Part shown: positions 30,324 through 40,809 of the stretch, piece by piece
Numbering within the stretch: the first letter of the stretch is position 1
Layout: each line of letters begins with the position of its first letter
DNA from: a bacterium
Lineage (GTDB): Bacteria > Zhuqueibacterota > Zhuqueibacteria > Residuimicrobiales > Krinioviventaceae
DNA length: 64,000 nucleotides
Assembly: GCA_963674595.2 (NCBI GenBank)
Contig: CAXXFV010000023.1
Span: 224,001 to 288,000 of the forward strand
Direction of reading: 5' to 3'
The notes under the pieces: generated by a model
What the model was told of the DNA's origin: nothing
The model's input: the letters and a program-made list of their open reading frames with translations, nothing else
The model's database searches: none
Position numbers and translations under genes: made by a program

Positions 30324-31559
30324 ATGATTATGAAAAAGACAGCAATACTGATTTTTATTTCCCTGATAAATATTTACAATATAACAGCCAAAGCTCAAAC
30401 ATCTCCCTTTATAAGTATTCAGGAGTTTGGTGTTGTTCCGCAAAATTCCGCTAAAGAGAACACGTTAAATCTTCAAAAGGCAATTGATTGGGCATCAAAA
30501 CAGGGAGCTGCTCTGTTTGTTGAACCAACCGAGGATCCGTACCCTGTTGAAGGTGGAATTGTTTTAAAGAAAAATGTTTCTCTTGTTGGTGTTCACGGCC
30601 CTGTCGGCCGCGGAACACGGCACCCTGAAAAAGTTCAGCCTGTAGGCAGCGTGTTTCAAATAAAAGATGAAAGAAATGTGTTTATAACTGTTGAAGCGGC
30701 CACCCAAATTCGGGGAATTCAATTTTGGTATCCGAATCAGACATTAACAGACCCTCAAAAAATTATCCCCTATCCGCCTACTATTCAGGCTTCCCCAAGT
30801 GTTTCTGCACAGGGAGTGACGCTGTCTTGCCTGACTTTTTACGGTGAATATATTGCAATGGATTTTAATACGTCTCCCGATAATATTTGTGAACAAGTTT
30901 TATTTGAACATTGTTACGGCTATCCGTTAAGCGGTGAATTTATTAAAATTGATTACTGTTATGATATCCCGCGTATTTTGCATTGCCACGTAAATCCGGC
31001 TATTCGGCGTTTTATAGATGGACAGTACACTATACAGGTTATCAATGCTGTTGTTGATAAAAAAACATATACATATCAAATTAACCATACCGATAATGCT
31101 CAACTAATAGACGTTTTTACGTTTGGTGTTTTTGGTGGTATTTACCTTGGGCCTGAGACCTATGGACAGTTAACGAACTTTAATTTTGATTGTGTTACAG
31201 TGGGGATTAATAAATTTGGTGATAATTCTTTTAACCGTAATTGGCAGATCAGCCAGGGATCTATAATTGCGAATACGGGTGATGACATTACAGAAATCCA
31301 TCCGATAATTATTCAAGGCAAAGGGCACACTTCAATTACTAATGTTGAGGCCTTTTCCGGAGCAAATGGCGCCTTGACAACATTGGATCAATCGAATGAT
31401 TTTTTATATGTAAAAGGAACGGACACATTAACAATAAGCCTGTTTGGCTGCAGAATGCGTAATTACAAGGCAAATAATCCAATTACTTTTGAAAATCCGA
31501 AAGCAATCATTCAGGCTTTTGGATGTATTGATAAATATGAAAAACCTTTCAATTATTAA
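30324..31559 (+). CDS. Secreted right-handed beta-helix (pectin-lyase-fold) protein
   Basis: Signal peptide; SIQEFGV...NT-x-NLQKAID (pectate_lyase_3-like start); repeated beta-helix pattern. Confidence 0.7.
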   Translation: MIMKKTAILIFISLINIYNITAKAQTSPFISIQEFGVVPQNSAKENTLNLQKAIDWASKQGAALFVEPTEDPYPVEGGIVLKKNVSLVGVHGPVGRGTRHPEKVQPVGSVFQIKDERNVFITVEAATQIRGIQFWYPNQTLTDPQKIIPYPPTIQASPSVSAQGVTLSCLTFYGEYIAMDFNTSPDNICEQVLFEHCYGYPLSGEFIKIDYCYDIPRILHCHVNPAIRRFIDGQYTIQVINAVVDKKTYTYQINHTDNAQLIDVFTFGVFGGIYLGPETYGQLTNFNFDCVTVGINKFGDNSFNRNWQISQGSIIANTGDDITEIHPIIIQGKGHTSITNVEAFSGANGALTTLDQSNDFLYVKGTDTLTISLFGCRMRNYKANNPITFENPKAIIQAFGCIDKYEKPFNY

Positions 31560-31738
31560 TACCATTTTTGATATATCTCATAAAATATGCTTTTCATACT
31601 TGAAGTTTGTTAAATATTAAATTACCTTATTAAAATGGTTCTTTCATTGTAGTCATAATTTTTATATCTTGAAATTCCTGCAAATATTTTTGTGTTTGTT
31701 GAGAGTCACTATATTACTATTTTTCAAGGATTCGTTTA

Positions 31739-34700
31739 ATGAGGCTAAAGTATAAAGCTGGGTTACTTTTTTCTGTTCTGTTTTGTTTCCTCTTTTATTC
31801 TCAAGGTTTATCACTTCCCTATGAAATTACCTTTATGAGGTACACAATGGATAACGGTCTTTCCAATAACTCTGTCCATTGTGTTCTTGAAGATAAAGAC
31901 GGGTTTATGTGGTTTGGAACAGAAGAGGGGCTTAACCGATTTGACGGATATTTTTTTAAAACTATTAATGCAGATAAAAATGAAATACTACATTTAAGCG
32001 ATAAGCGTATACGTTGCTTGATGCAGGATCACACCGGAATTATATGGATCGGTACCGCAGAAGGGGGCATCAACCGGTTTGAACCAGACGAGTACAAGAT
32101 AAAGTACTATGTGCATAATCCTCAGGATTCTCTATCATTAAGTAGTAATTTTGTTATATCATTATTTGAAGATTCACAAGGACGTATATGGGCAGGAACT
32201 GAAAGAGGCTTGAACCTTTATGACCCTGGAAATGATTGTTTTAGGCGTGTTGGAGATGAGAGTACAAAACCCTTAAAACAATCTGTACATAAAATAGTCG
32301 AAAATATCGATGGGACCTTTTGGCTGGGTATCTCTAATAGTTTATGTTTATTCGATCCGGTGAAAATGACCACAAAGAGGGTTTTGTATGATAAAGTCCA
32401 TAACAATTCATTAACCGGATCAGTTCAAGAAATCTATAAAGATGAAAACGGAATTTTATGGTTGGGAACTGGAAATAGTGGTTTTGTTAAATTTGATCCT
32501 AAAACCAATAAATATTGGTTTTTTAAAAATGATCCTTCTGAAAAAAATTCCATAAGTAATAATAGGATCACCAGTATTTTGCCGGATGATGACCATAACT
32601 TTTGGATTGGCACAAGAGACGGACTAAACTATTTTAATTCAAAAACAGAGCAATTTGAACATTATTCTGCGAATGTATATGATGATCGTTTGTATATTGA
32701 TTATCGAATTGTTTCTATTATGAAAGATAGTAATGACGGAATTTGGTTTTGTACCGGTAATGGTATAAACTATTTAAATAAATCGTTATCAGAATTTAAA
32801 GTATATTTGAAAGAATTGAATGAACCTAATTCTCTTAGTGATTCACGGGTCTTTTCATTTTTTAAAGATACAGATGGTATCCTGTGGGTGGGAACAGCAA
32901 ATGGAGGTCTGAACCGAATTGACCGGAAAAAGAATAAATTTTCATTTTTTGTAAATGATCCATATAATGAAAATTCAATTTGTGGGAATAATGTTCGCTC
33001 AATTGTCAAAGATAAAAATGGTTACTTGTGGTTGGCTACAAATGGTTGGGGAATTGATCGGTTTAATCCCAAAACAAAAACATTTTCTCACCATCAAGAG
33101 TCGGACGACCCTGCCGCTATTCAGTCTAATTACGTTAAAGTTATTTTTAAAGACTCAACAGATCAACTCTGGTTTGGTACCGGAAGAAGTTTGGAAAAAT
33201 ATAATCCGGAGACAGATTCATTTATACATTATTTAACAGAATATCACGGAAATACAATTTTTGGTATAACATCTGATGGAGATGGTCAATTACTAGTCGT
33301 TTATTACGGTATGGGAATTATCAAGTTTAATCCGGAAACCGGCTCACATGTCATATTTTTGTCAAATACTGAAGAGCCAAACGCTCTGCCAACTAATGAT
33401 GTCCTTTCTATTCTCAGAGACAAAAACAATGATTTATGGATTGGTACTCATCACGAAGGTGTAAGTTACTATAATCATGAAACAAAAATTTGTTCCACCT
33501 TTACAACTCGCGATGGTTTGTCTGGAAATTCTGTGTTTGGCATTCTTGAGGATGATGAAGGATTTTTATGGTTTAGTACAGATAACGGCATTTCACGTTT
33601 TGATCCGATTCATAAGAGATTTCGTAAATTTAAAAAGTATCGCAGTTTTCAGGGTAATGAATATAATGTCGGAGCTTGTTTTAAAGCTTATGACGGAGAA
33701 ATGTTTTTTGGCGGTACCTTTGGTTTTACATCATTTTATCCTCACAATATTTCAAATGAAATTAAAATTCCCAGGGTTGTTATAAATCAATTCAAAGTAT
33801 TAAACCAAATTGTTGAAGAAGGCGAACTGATTAATGAACGAATATTATTAACAAAACCAATTTATAAAACAAAATCTATTCAGCTATCATATAAAGAAAA
33901 AGCATTTACAATATTTTTTGCTGTACTTGATTATGCCATTCCCAATGAAAATAATTTCGCCTATTATTTAGAAGGCTTTGATAAAGAGTGGCATGACGTT
34001 GGTAATCGAAATTTTGCAACTTATACAAACGTTCCGCCAGGGCATTATACGTTTAAAGTTAAAGGGGCAAATAGTAAAGGTGAATGGAACGAAACCGGTG
34101 TTGAATTGAAAATAAGCATTTCTCCACCATTTTGGGAAACATGGTTGTTTCGAATTTTTTTAATCGTAACAATTATAAATATTTTTATTATTGTTTTAAG
34201 GTATCGGGTTAAAACAATAACTTTGCGTAATACGCAGCTACAGGAAATGAATGAAGAATTAAATAAACAAATATTTGAACGAAAACAAGCTCAACAGGCA
34301 TTAAAGCAAATAAATGTAGAGCTAGAGTCGACTGTGGCAGAACGGACCAAAGAACTGAAAGATATAAATAGACAACTGGTGCAGGAAATTTCCGAGCGAA
34401 AGCAAACTTTTTATGCTCTTCAGGCAAGTGAGGACAAGTATAGGACCTTGGCTGAAACAACTTCTGACATTATTTTTGTTTATGATCAAAACAATAGATT
34501 GACCTATATTAATAAAGCCGGTTCCGTTCTCTGTTGTCAAAAAAATAAAAAGTTGAATGAAATTGATTTCAGTGATTTTATTCATGACAAGTATAAAAAA
34601 CGAGTCTTAAATCGTCTCGACAGGGTAAGAAAGGGCGAAAAAACAATTGATATTTTTCAGACTGAATTTTTTGATGAAAAATATTTAGGTATACCTGTTG

Positions 34701-35410
34701 AAGTAAATGCTGCTTCTTTGCCGGGAAAGGACGGAACGATTGATGGTGTTTTAATAATCGCCCGAAATGTTCAGGATCGGAAAAAAGCTGAAGAACGGAT
34801 AAAAACATCATTGAAAGAAAAAGAAATTTTGTTAAAAGAAGTCCACCACCGTGTTAAAAATAATTTGCAAATCATCAGCAGTTTGCTGTATTTACAATCA
34901 AAACATATATCTGATCCAAAAGATTTTTATATATTTTTAGAAAGTCAAAATAGAATAAAATCGATGGCTCTGATTCATGAAAAGTTGTACCAAAGTCAGA
35001 ATTTTGCCAAAATTGACTTTACCGCCTATGTCAAAAGCCTTTTAAAAGAGTTGGTAAATTCATTCAAAACCGATTTAAATAGAATAAAAATAAACACACA
35101 TATTGATAATATATTTCTTTCTATTGATAAGGCTATACCATGCGGGCTGGTTATCAATGAGTTGGTTTCAAATGCATTAAAGTACGCCTTTCCCAATGAA
35201 AAAGGCGGAGAATTAAATATTTCTTTTATTAAAGAAAAGAAAAAATATTTTCTAACGGTTAATGATAATGGAATTGGCATGCCGGAAAATTTTAGTGTTG
35301 ATAAATCAAAATCACTGGGCCTTTCTTTGGTAAACGGCCTTGTTGATCAACTCGAAGGGAAACTCGAATGGCATGTTGATAAAGGTACAGAATTTAACAT
35401 TTCATTTTAA
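31739..35410 (+). CDS. Sensor histidine kinase: periplasmic Reg_prop beta-propellers, Y_Y_Y domain, TM, PAS, HisKA_2/HATPase
   Basis: Repeated D-x-x-G-x-[LI]W-x-GT-x-x-GL motifs; YTNVPPGHYTFKVKG; ISPPFWETW; EVHHRVKNNLQIISSLL; NELVSNALKYAF; SLGLSLV. Confidence 0.93.
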   Translation: MRLKYKAGLLFSVLFCFLFYSQGLSLPYEITFMRYTMDNGLSNNSVHCVLEDKDGFMWFGTEEGLNRFDGYFFKTINADKNEILHLSDKRIRCLMQDHTGIIWIGTAEGGINRFEPDEYKIKYYVHNPQDSLSLSSNFVISLFEDSQGRIWAGTERGLNLYDPGNDCFRRVGDESTKPLKQSVHKIVENIDGTFWLGISNSLCLFDPVKMTTKRVLYDKVHNNSLTGSVQEIYKDENGILWLGTGNSGFVKFDPKTNKYWFFKNDPSEKNSISNNRITSILPDDDHNFWIGTRDGLNYFNSKTEQFEHYSANVYDDRLYIDYRIVSIMKDSNDGIWFCTGNGINYLNKSLSEFKVYLKELNEPNSLSDSRVFSFFKDTDGILWVGTANGGLNRIDRKKNKFSFFVNDPYNENSICGNNVRSIVKDKNGYLWLATNGWGIDRFNPKTKTFSHHQESDDPAAIQSNYVKVIFKDSTDQLWFGTGRSLEKYNPETDSFIHYLTEYHGNTIFGITSDGDGQLLVVYYGMGIIKFNPETGSHVIFLSNTEEPNALPTNDVLSILRDKNNDLWIGTHHEGVSYYNHETKICSTFTTRDGLSGNSVFGILEDDEGFLWFSTDNGISRFDPIHKRFRKFKKYRSFQGNEYNVGACFKAYDGEMFFGGTFGFTSFYPHNISNEIKIPRVVINQFKVLNQIVEEGELINERILLTKPIYKTKSIQLSYKEKAFTIFFAVLDYAIPNENNFAYYLEGFDKEWHDVGNRNFATYTNVPPGHYTFKVKGANSKGEWNETGVELKISISPPFWETWLFRIFLIVTIINIFIIVLRYRVKTITLRNTQLQEMNEELNKQIFERKQAQQALKQINVELESTVAERTKELKDINRQLVQEISERKQTFYALQASEDKYRTLAETTSDIIFVYDQNNRLTYINKAGSVLCCQKNKKLNEIDFSDFIHDKYKKRVLNRLDRVRKGEKTIDIFQTEFFDEKYLGIPVEVNAASLPGKDGTIDGVLIIARNVQDRKKAEERIKTSLKEKEILLKEVHHRVKNNLQIISSLLYLQSKHISDPKDFYIFLESQNRIKSMALIHEKLYQSQNFAKIDFTAYVKSLLKELVNSFKTDLNRIKINTHIDNIFLSIDKAIPCGLVINELVSNALKYAFPNEKGGELNISFIKEKKKYFLTVNDNGIGMPENFSVDKSKSLGLSLVNGLVDQLEGKLEWHVDKGTEFNISF

Positions 35411-35453
35411 GACAGGAATTTTTTTTAATAAAGGGGAGTGATTTATAAAAATT

Positions 35454-35534
35454 ATCCTGACCAGTTCCAAACATGTTGAGGAGGCCAAGTGAGCATCAAT
35501 ATTGTATTGAATTGTTTGGAACTGTAGTCAGGAT
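35454..35534. other. Long-loop inverted repeat between convergent kinase and MCP genes (terminator or small structured RNA)
   Basis: ATCCTGAC-CAGTTCCAAACA ... TGTTTGGAACTG-TA-GTCAGGAT (20 bp paired, 39-nt loop), flanked by A and T tracts. Confidence 0.6.
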
Positions 35535-35540
35535 TTTTTT

Positions 35541-38012
35541 CTAATTAAAGTTTACGATATGTTCTGCAAAGTTTGGTTTTGTTGCTGAATTGTTTTTACT
35601 CAGTTTAAATGAAGCAACCATACTTAACATTTCCTGGGCCTGGCTTGTTAATTCTTGCGATGCACTTGCTGATTCTTCGGAATTTGCCGCATTTTGCTGC
35701 GTAACCTGGTTCATCTGATCAACGGCTGTATTTATTTGCTCTATACCTTCCGATTGTTGTTCCGATGCCGCAGCAATTTCAGACATCATTTCACCGACTT
35801 TTAAAACCTGCTCAGTTAAACTTTGTAACTTTTCTACTGTTTCCTGGTTATACGTAAATCCATCGTCTGCATTTTTTACAGACTCTTCAATAAGTGACGA
35901 TGTATTTTTTGCTGCCTCGGCGCTGCGCATTGCCAGATTTCTAACCTCTTCAGCTACTACGGCAAAACCTTTTCCTGCTTCTCCTGCCCTGGCGGCTTCA
36001 ACAGCGGCATTTAATGCAAGCAGGTTGGTTTGAAATGCAATTTCATCTATAGTACGTACGATTTTGGCTGTTTCATCAGAAGAATTTTTAATCCGGTTAA
36101 TCGCTTCTGAAAGTTTGGTAATACTTGATGTACTTTCTTCCGCCTTTTCTTTTGTTTGCTCAGAGAGTGTTTTGCCTTTTCTCGCAGTAGAGGTATTTTG
36201 TTTTGTCATTGCTGCCATTTCCTGCAAGTTGCTGGAAATTTCCTCCAGAGAACTGGCTTGTTCGGAAGCGCCCTGTGCTACTTTTTGGCTGCCTGTTCCA
36301 ATTTGGTCCGAAGCTGTAGCTACCTGCTCGGATGACAACATAACCTGCTGCATGCCGGAATCGATGTTATCAATAGCTTTGTTTAAAGATGTTTTAATAA
36401 TTGCGTAATCGCCTTTATAGTCTGTTATTATTCTGGCTGTCAGGTCGCGTTCAGCAATTTTTCCCAAAATTGCGGATGCTTCATTTATCGGCTCAACAAC
36501 GTCGTCCAATACTTTATTGATACCGCTGATTATAGTTGCATATTCTCCCTGATGTTTTGATACATCCATCCGTGCCTTTAAATCTCCATTTACAGCTTTT
36601 TGGGCCAATGTTGCAATATCGTTTGTTAAAGCATTAATACTTGTTTTCATCATTGTCATGGAATTGGTCAGTTTATTTTCGCTAGCATCCGTCATTTCCC
36701 GGAATGCATTGGCCAGATCTCCAATTTCATCTTTTTGATAAATATCGATTTGTTCTGCCGTAATCTGCGTTTTTTCCATATCAAGGTTAAGATCACCAAT
36801 AGAGACGGCCTCGGCAACTTTTGCTTTGTTTTGTAATGAATGGCTTATTTGTAATGCAAATTCCGTAACTTTTTTAATCGGATTTGCAATGCTTTTCCCC
36901 ATCCATACAGCAAAAAAGATAACTAACACTAATATAATCAGGCTGGAAAAAAATATCGTTTGAGTTAGGTTTTTTATCGGTGCTTCAACTTCATCCGAAC
37001 CTATTTCAGCAATAATATTCCATTTTACATTACTCGGTAATTCGATGGGCCCGTAATCGGAAAGAACTTTATCACCTTTATAATTTTTAATAATACTGTG
37101 GCCATCAATACCTTTTAAAGCGTTATCAATAGCTTCATTGTCTATACCATTTTTTTCAACAGAACCTTTTAATGACGCTTCAACTGAATGTGTTGTCGGG
37201 GCTAAATATGAATCAGACCGCATACGTTTATCCTGTCCAACCAGATAGGTTTCGCCGGTCTCTCCCATGCCCTGACGTCTAAGCATAATCTTTGAAATCT
37301 TTTCAGTGGGAATTTGAATAGCAAGCATGGCTGCCGGATTACCGTTATCATCCCTGATTGGCGTACCAATAAAACTTGCCGGTTTATTTCCTGATGGTTC
37401 ATATAAATCATAATCGACAAAACATGTTTGGCGTTGTTCGATTACTTTACTATACAATTTTCCTAAATTACTTTCTTTTAAATATCCTGACGACAAATTG
37501 GCACCAAGATCTTTTTCTTTAGCCTGGCTGTAAAGAACATGTCCATGGGCCCAACATATAACAAAAACATCATAGTATCCATATTTTAAAACCATATCTC
37601 CCAAACGTTTGCCATAAACACTATTGCAAATTTCTGCATGTTCAGGCGTTGATATATCTAATGGATCATGAGGTTGTGTATGCATTTCATCATGATATAT
37701 CTTCATGTTTTTATACATTTCGAGCGCATCGGTACTTTTGGCAAATACTTCAACATTTATTATCATTTGATCGAATAATTCATTAATTTCTTGCTTTTTA
37801 ATTTCTTTTTGTGAATCGAGCTGATTAAAAGCTTCTTCCATCAATGATTTGTCCGCCCTGTCAATGCTTAATACCGTTATTATGAGAATCGGCACAAGAC
37901 TTACTAATAAATATGTGGAGATTAATTTTGGCGCAAGTTTCATGTTTTTGAACTTTTGTACAGAAATAGACATAGCAGACTCCTCTAAAAGTCCATTTAA
38001 TATAATATTCAT
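35541..38012 (-). CDS. Methyl-accepting chemotaxis protein (Cache-type sensor, HAMP domains)
   Basis: Two TM segments; GYYDVF...[12 protein letters not shown] Cache-like region; [40 protein letters not shown] signalling tip. True start probably MSISV. Confidence 0.95.
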   Translation of the reverse strand: MNIILNGLLEESAMSISVQKFKNMKLAPKLISTYLLVSLVPILIITVLSIDRADKSLMEEAFNQLDSQKEIKKQEINELFDQMIINVEVFAKSTDALEMYKNMKIYHDEMHTQPHDPLDISTPEHAEICNSVYGKRLGDMVLKYGYYDVFVICWAHGHVLYSQAKEKDLGANLSSGYLKESNLGKLYSKVIEQRQTCFVDYDLYEPSGNKPASFIGTPIRDDNGNPAAMLAIQIPTEKISKIMLRRQGMGETGETYLVGQDKRMRSDSYLAPTTHSVEASLKGSVEKNGIDNEAIDNALKGIDGHSIIKNYKGDKVLSDYGPIELPSNVKWNIIAEIGSDEVEAPIKNLTQTIFFSSLIILVLVIFFAVWMGKSIANPIKKVTEFALQISHSLQNKAKVAEAVSIGDLNLDMEKTQITAEQIDIYQKDEIGDLANAFREMTDASENKLTNSMTMMKTSINALTNDIATLAQKAVNGDLKARMDVSKHQGEYATIISGINKVLDDVVEPINEASAILGKIAERDLTARIITDYKGDYAIIKTSLNKAIDNIDSGMQQVMLSSEQVATASDQIGTGSQKVAQGASEQASSLEEISSNLQEMAAMTKQNTSTARKGKTLSEQTKEKAEESTSSITKLSEAINRIKNSSDETAKIVRTIDEIAFQTNLLALNAAVEAARAGEAGKGFAVVAEEVRNLAMRSAEAAKNTSSLIEESVKNADDGFTYNQETVEKLQSLTEQVLKVGEMMSEIAAASEQQSEGIEQINTAVDQMNQVTQQNAANSEESASASQELTSQAQEMLSMVASFKLSKNNSATKPNFAEHIVNFN

Positions 38013-38053
38013 TCTAACTATCTATATATTTATAATGCAGGCAGTTACATTAT

Positions 38054-38069
38054 AGCAGATCGTATGCCA
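38054..38069 (-). promoter_or_regulatory. Sigma-54 (-24/-12) promoter upstream of the MCP
   Basis: Minus strand reads TGGCAT-ACGAT-CTGCT (GG-N10-GC). Confidence 0.65.
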
Positions 38070-38195
38070 GTTGTATGTAAGACGGCAACTGTTTAATTTA
38101 TATATGGTTGGATGGTGTGAAGAGTTTGGCTTTAAAAAAAATGTCTTGATAAATATACAAAAGCGTATACTAAATTGTATGGATAGGAGATTGAA

Positions 38196-38221
38196 AACCG
38201 GCAGCTATTATGCTGCCGGTT
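38196..38221 (-). terminator. Intrinsic terminator after 38229-39248
   Basis: AACCGGCAGC/GCTGCCGGTT stem ending in a short U-run on the minus strand. Confidence 0.75.
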
Positions 38222-38228
38222 GGGGTGT

Positions 38229-39248
38229 CTATTTTAATTTGTAGCCTTGAGGGACTGTAAAAAGTTCGTCTTTGGGGGTGTCGTATGATATGTTTTTGGT
38301 CTCGGTAACAACTTGAAAAACCTCAGTCTTCAGTTTTGGTTCATTAGCTTTTTCTTTTTTGGCCATTTTTTTCAGCTTTTTGCCAAACATGCCGCCAAAG
38401 GAACCTTTAAGATCAGTTACATCTACAGATTCTTCCTCATCATTTTCTTCATCCGGGGTTGTTTGCTGTTTAACATGGTTTGTGGTGGTGAGTACCATTT
38501 CCGATTTAATCGGGTATCCCTGAACTTTATCAAGCTCTTTTTTCATTTCTGACATCTGGTCTTTATAAGCATTTAAAAACTGTGAAAATCCTTTTTGCGG
38601 GATATTTTCAAAACCCAGTTTTTCAGATAATTTCTGGTTAAAGTTTTGTGTTTGCTCCATAGCAGAATTGGCATCTGTTGTATTCCAGGTGTCATTTACA
38701 AAAAGCAATGTATCTGAAATACCGGTTGCTTTATGTTTACCAACAGTTGTTACACTAATAATATAATGTTCACAGTTAAAATTGTTAATTTTTTCTTTTT
38801 CACCTGTTTTGTCCAGTTTCACAACAGGTTCCTGCCATTCATATTCGCTGTCAGCTTCTTCGTCCTCTTGTTCCATTTCCGGTTGGGCCGGCATATCCAG
38901 TGGATTTGTACCCTGCTCGATCATGGCTTTTATTTCTGCAAAAGTTTGTTCGCTATATTTTTTATTCTGGTCGTCAAAATGCCAAAACAGTTCTTTGTCC
39001 AGGCGAGTGATTTCAATATCAGTTCCTTTTTTGTTCATGTGTTTCATGATGGAACCTGTGAATTTAAACTGGGTTTCGGTTCTTTGGGCATCCCCTTTTA
39101 ATATCGTTTTGATGTTGCTCTCGAAAGCACCTTTACCACTAATACCATTGCTGGATGTATAGGTTTCAATAGTAACTTGAGAAAAAACAAGTTGGGCTGT
39201 CAGGACAATTATTGTGGCAAGTAAATATACCACATTTGGCTTTTTCAT
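38229..39248 (-). CDS. Secreted DUF4412/GLPGLI-like protein
   Basis: Signal peptide; ITRLDKELFW; KTGEKEKINNFNCEHY; GYPIK; C-terminal LFTVPQGYK. Confidence 0.7.
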   Translation of the reverse strand: MKKPNVVYLLATIIVLTAQLVFSQVTIETYTSSNGISGKGAFESNIKTILKGDAQRTETQFKFTGSIMKHMNKKGTDIEITRLDKELFWHFDDQNKKYSEQTFAEIKAMIEQGTNPLDMPAQPEMEQEDEEADSEYEWQEPVVKLDKTGEKEKINNFNCEHYIISVTTVGKHKATGISDTLLFVNDTWNTTDANSAMEQTQNFNQKLSEKLGFENIPQKGFSQFLNAYKDQMSEMKKELDKVQGYPIKSEMVLTTTNHVKQQTTPDEENDEEESVDVTDLKGSFGGMFGKKLKKMAKKEKANEPKLKTEVFQVVTETKNISYDTPKDELFTVPQGYKLK

Positions 39249-39374
39249 AGGACCTCCAATTGAAATTATAACAAATATTGGTTAATGTTGCATTCTGCTA
39301 AAACCTTTGGTTTTGCAAATGTCATATATAATTATTATATTTTATAAAAATTCGTCTGAAAATATATTCAATTT

Positions 39375-40250
39375 ATGAAAAAAACAAGTCAAATTATTCT
39401 TGATCCATATAAACACCAAAATGGTGTTAATTTATTTCTTGATTATTATGCGATTAGAACACAATCACCGGGACTCGAATTTTTACAGTCAATTTTACGT
39501 CATTTTTCAAAATTGCCTTATGAAAATGTGAGCAAAATTATAAAATTAAACAGGGATTTTCTAAGTCCTGAACACATACGATTACCGGAAGAAGTTTTTG
39601 ATGATCATGCCCGTTTTCATTTAGGCGGCACCTGTTTTTCATTAACATTTTTTTTACAGAGTATTCTTTTACAACATGGTTTTCAGGGATATCCGGTTAT
39701 TGCTCATATGCGCAATCGACCGAATGTACATTGTGCATTTGTTGTGTTGTTGGACCGTAAGCAATATTTGGTTGATCCCGGGTATCTGCTGAACCAGCCT
39801 ATGGAAATTCAGCCGGACTCTAACCGGTTTTATCGAACAGCCCATACCGGTGTAGAGCTGGCCTTTAATCCCGACGATGAGTTTTATCATTTGTATACTT
39901 TTGATAAACAGGATAAAAAATGGCGCTATTGTTTTCAAAACAAACCATTGTCAGAACAGGAATTTTTAGACCACTGGTTGAATTCCTTTTATCAGGGAAC
40001 CATGCACGGTATTTGTATGACCCAGCTTCGGGAAGATGGTATGCTCTATCTTCATAACAATTATTTACGTATAACAACTATAGAAGGCCAACAAAAACAA
40101 AGAATAAAACAGGATTATTATAATGTTGTGCAGAATGTCTTTGGCATTGATTCTTCGCTTGTGGAAGAAGCTATGGCTGCCATTTCTGAAAATATGGCCT
40201 TTGAAAGAGAGTTTGGATTAAGAGCTAAAGAGAAAAATGAAGCCGAATGA
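39375..40250 (+). CDS. Arylamine N-acetyltransferase family protein
   Basis: PYEN motif; Cys-His-Asp triad in GGTCF, VHCA and LVDPG. Confidence 0.85.
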   Translation: MKKTSQIILDPYKHQNGVNLFLDYYAIRTQSPGLEFLQSILRHFSKLPYENVSKIIKLNRDFLSPEHIRLPEEVFDDHARFHLGGTCFSLTFFLQSILLQHGFQGYPVIAHMRNRPNVHCAFVVLLDRKQYLVDPGYLLNQPMEIQPDSNRFYRTAHTGVELAFNPDDEFYHLYTFDKQDKKWRYCFQNKPLSEQEFLDHWLNSFYQGTMHGICMTQLREDGMLYLHNNYLRITTIEGQQKQRIKQDYYNVVQNVFGIDSSLVEEAMAAISENMAFEREFGLRAKEKNEAE

Positions 40251-40809
40251 ACCTATAGCCGTAAAACTTGTTTGCGGGATTTTGTACAGTGACGAAGAGT
40301 TGCTGGACCAGGCGTCCCAATTACTCGTTGAAAAGTATGGACCGGTCGATTATAAAAGTCCGCGTTATGATTTTGAAATGACCGACTATTATGTCCCTGA
40401 AATGGGAACGCCCATTTATCGTGTGTTTTATTCCTTTACTCATTTAGTTAATCCCGGAAGGCTGGCGCAAATCAAAATTGAATGTAATGATATTGAAGAC
40501 AAGCTGGCTGTTGAAGGAAAACGAAAAGTGAATCTCGACCCCGGTTATATGGACTATGATAAATTTGTACTGGCGTCTGCCAAATATAATGCGCATAAAA
40601 TTTATCTGGACCTGGGTATTTATGCAGACCTGACCTACAGTTTTAAAAAAGGGCATTATATCCCTTCACAATGGTGTTTTCCGGATTTTCGCAGTCAGGT
40701 GTATGAACCGGCTTTTTTACACATTCGGGCCCGTTATAAAGGTCAGGTGCGGAAGATATTTAAGACCGCCAGGACTGAAAATAGTGAAAATTCGGAAGAA
40801 CCGGCTTGA
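40237..40809 (+). CDS. DUF4416 family protein
   Basis: TDYY-x-x-EMG, RKVNLDPGY, LASAKYNAHKIYL-x-x-GIYADLT, W-x-FPDF. Confidence 0.8.
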   Translation: MKPNEPIAVKLVCGILYSDEELLDQASQLLVEKYGPVDYKSPRYDFEMTDYYVPEMGTPIYRVFYSFTHLVNPGRLAQIKIECNDIEDKLAVEGKRKVNLDPGYMDYDKFVLASAKYNAHKIYLDLGIYADLTYSFKKGHYIPSQWCFPDFRSQVYEPAFLHIRARYKGQVRKIFKTARTENSENSEEPA

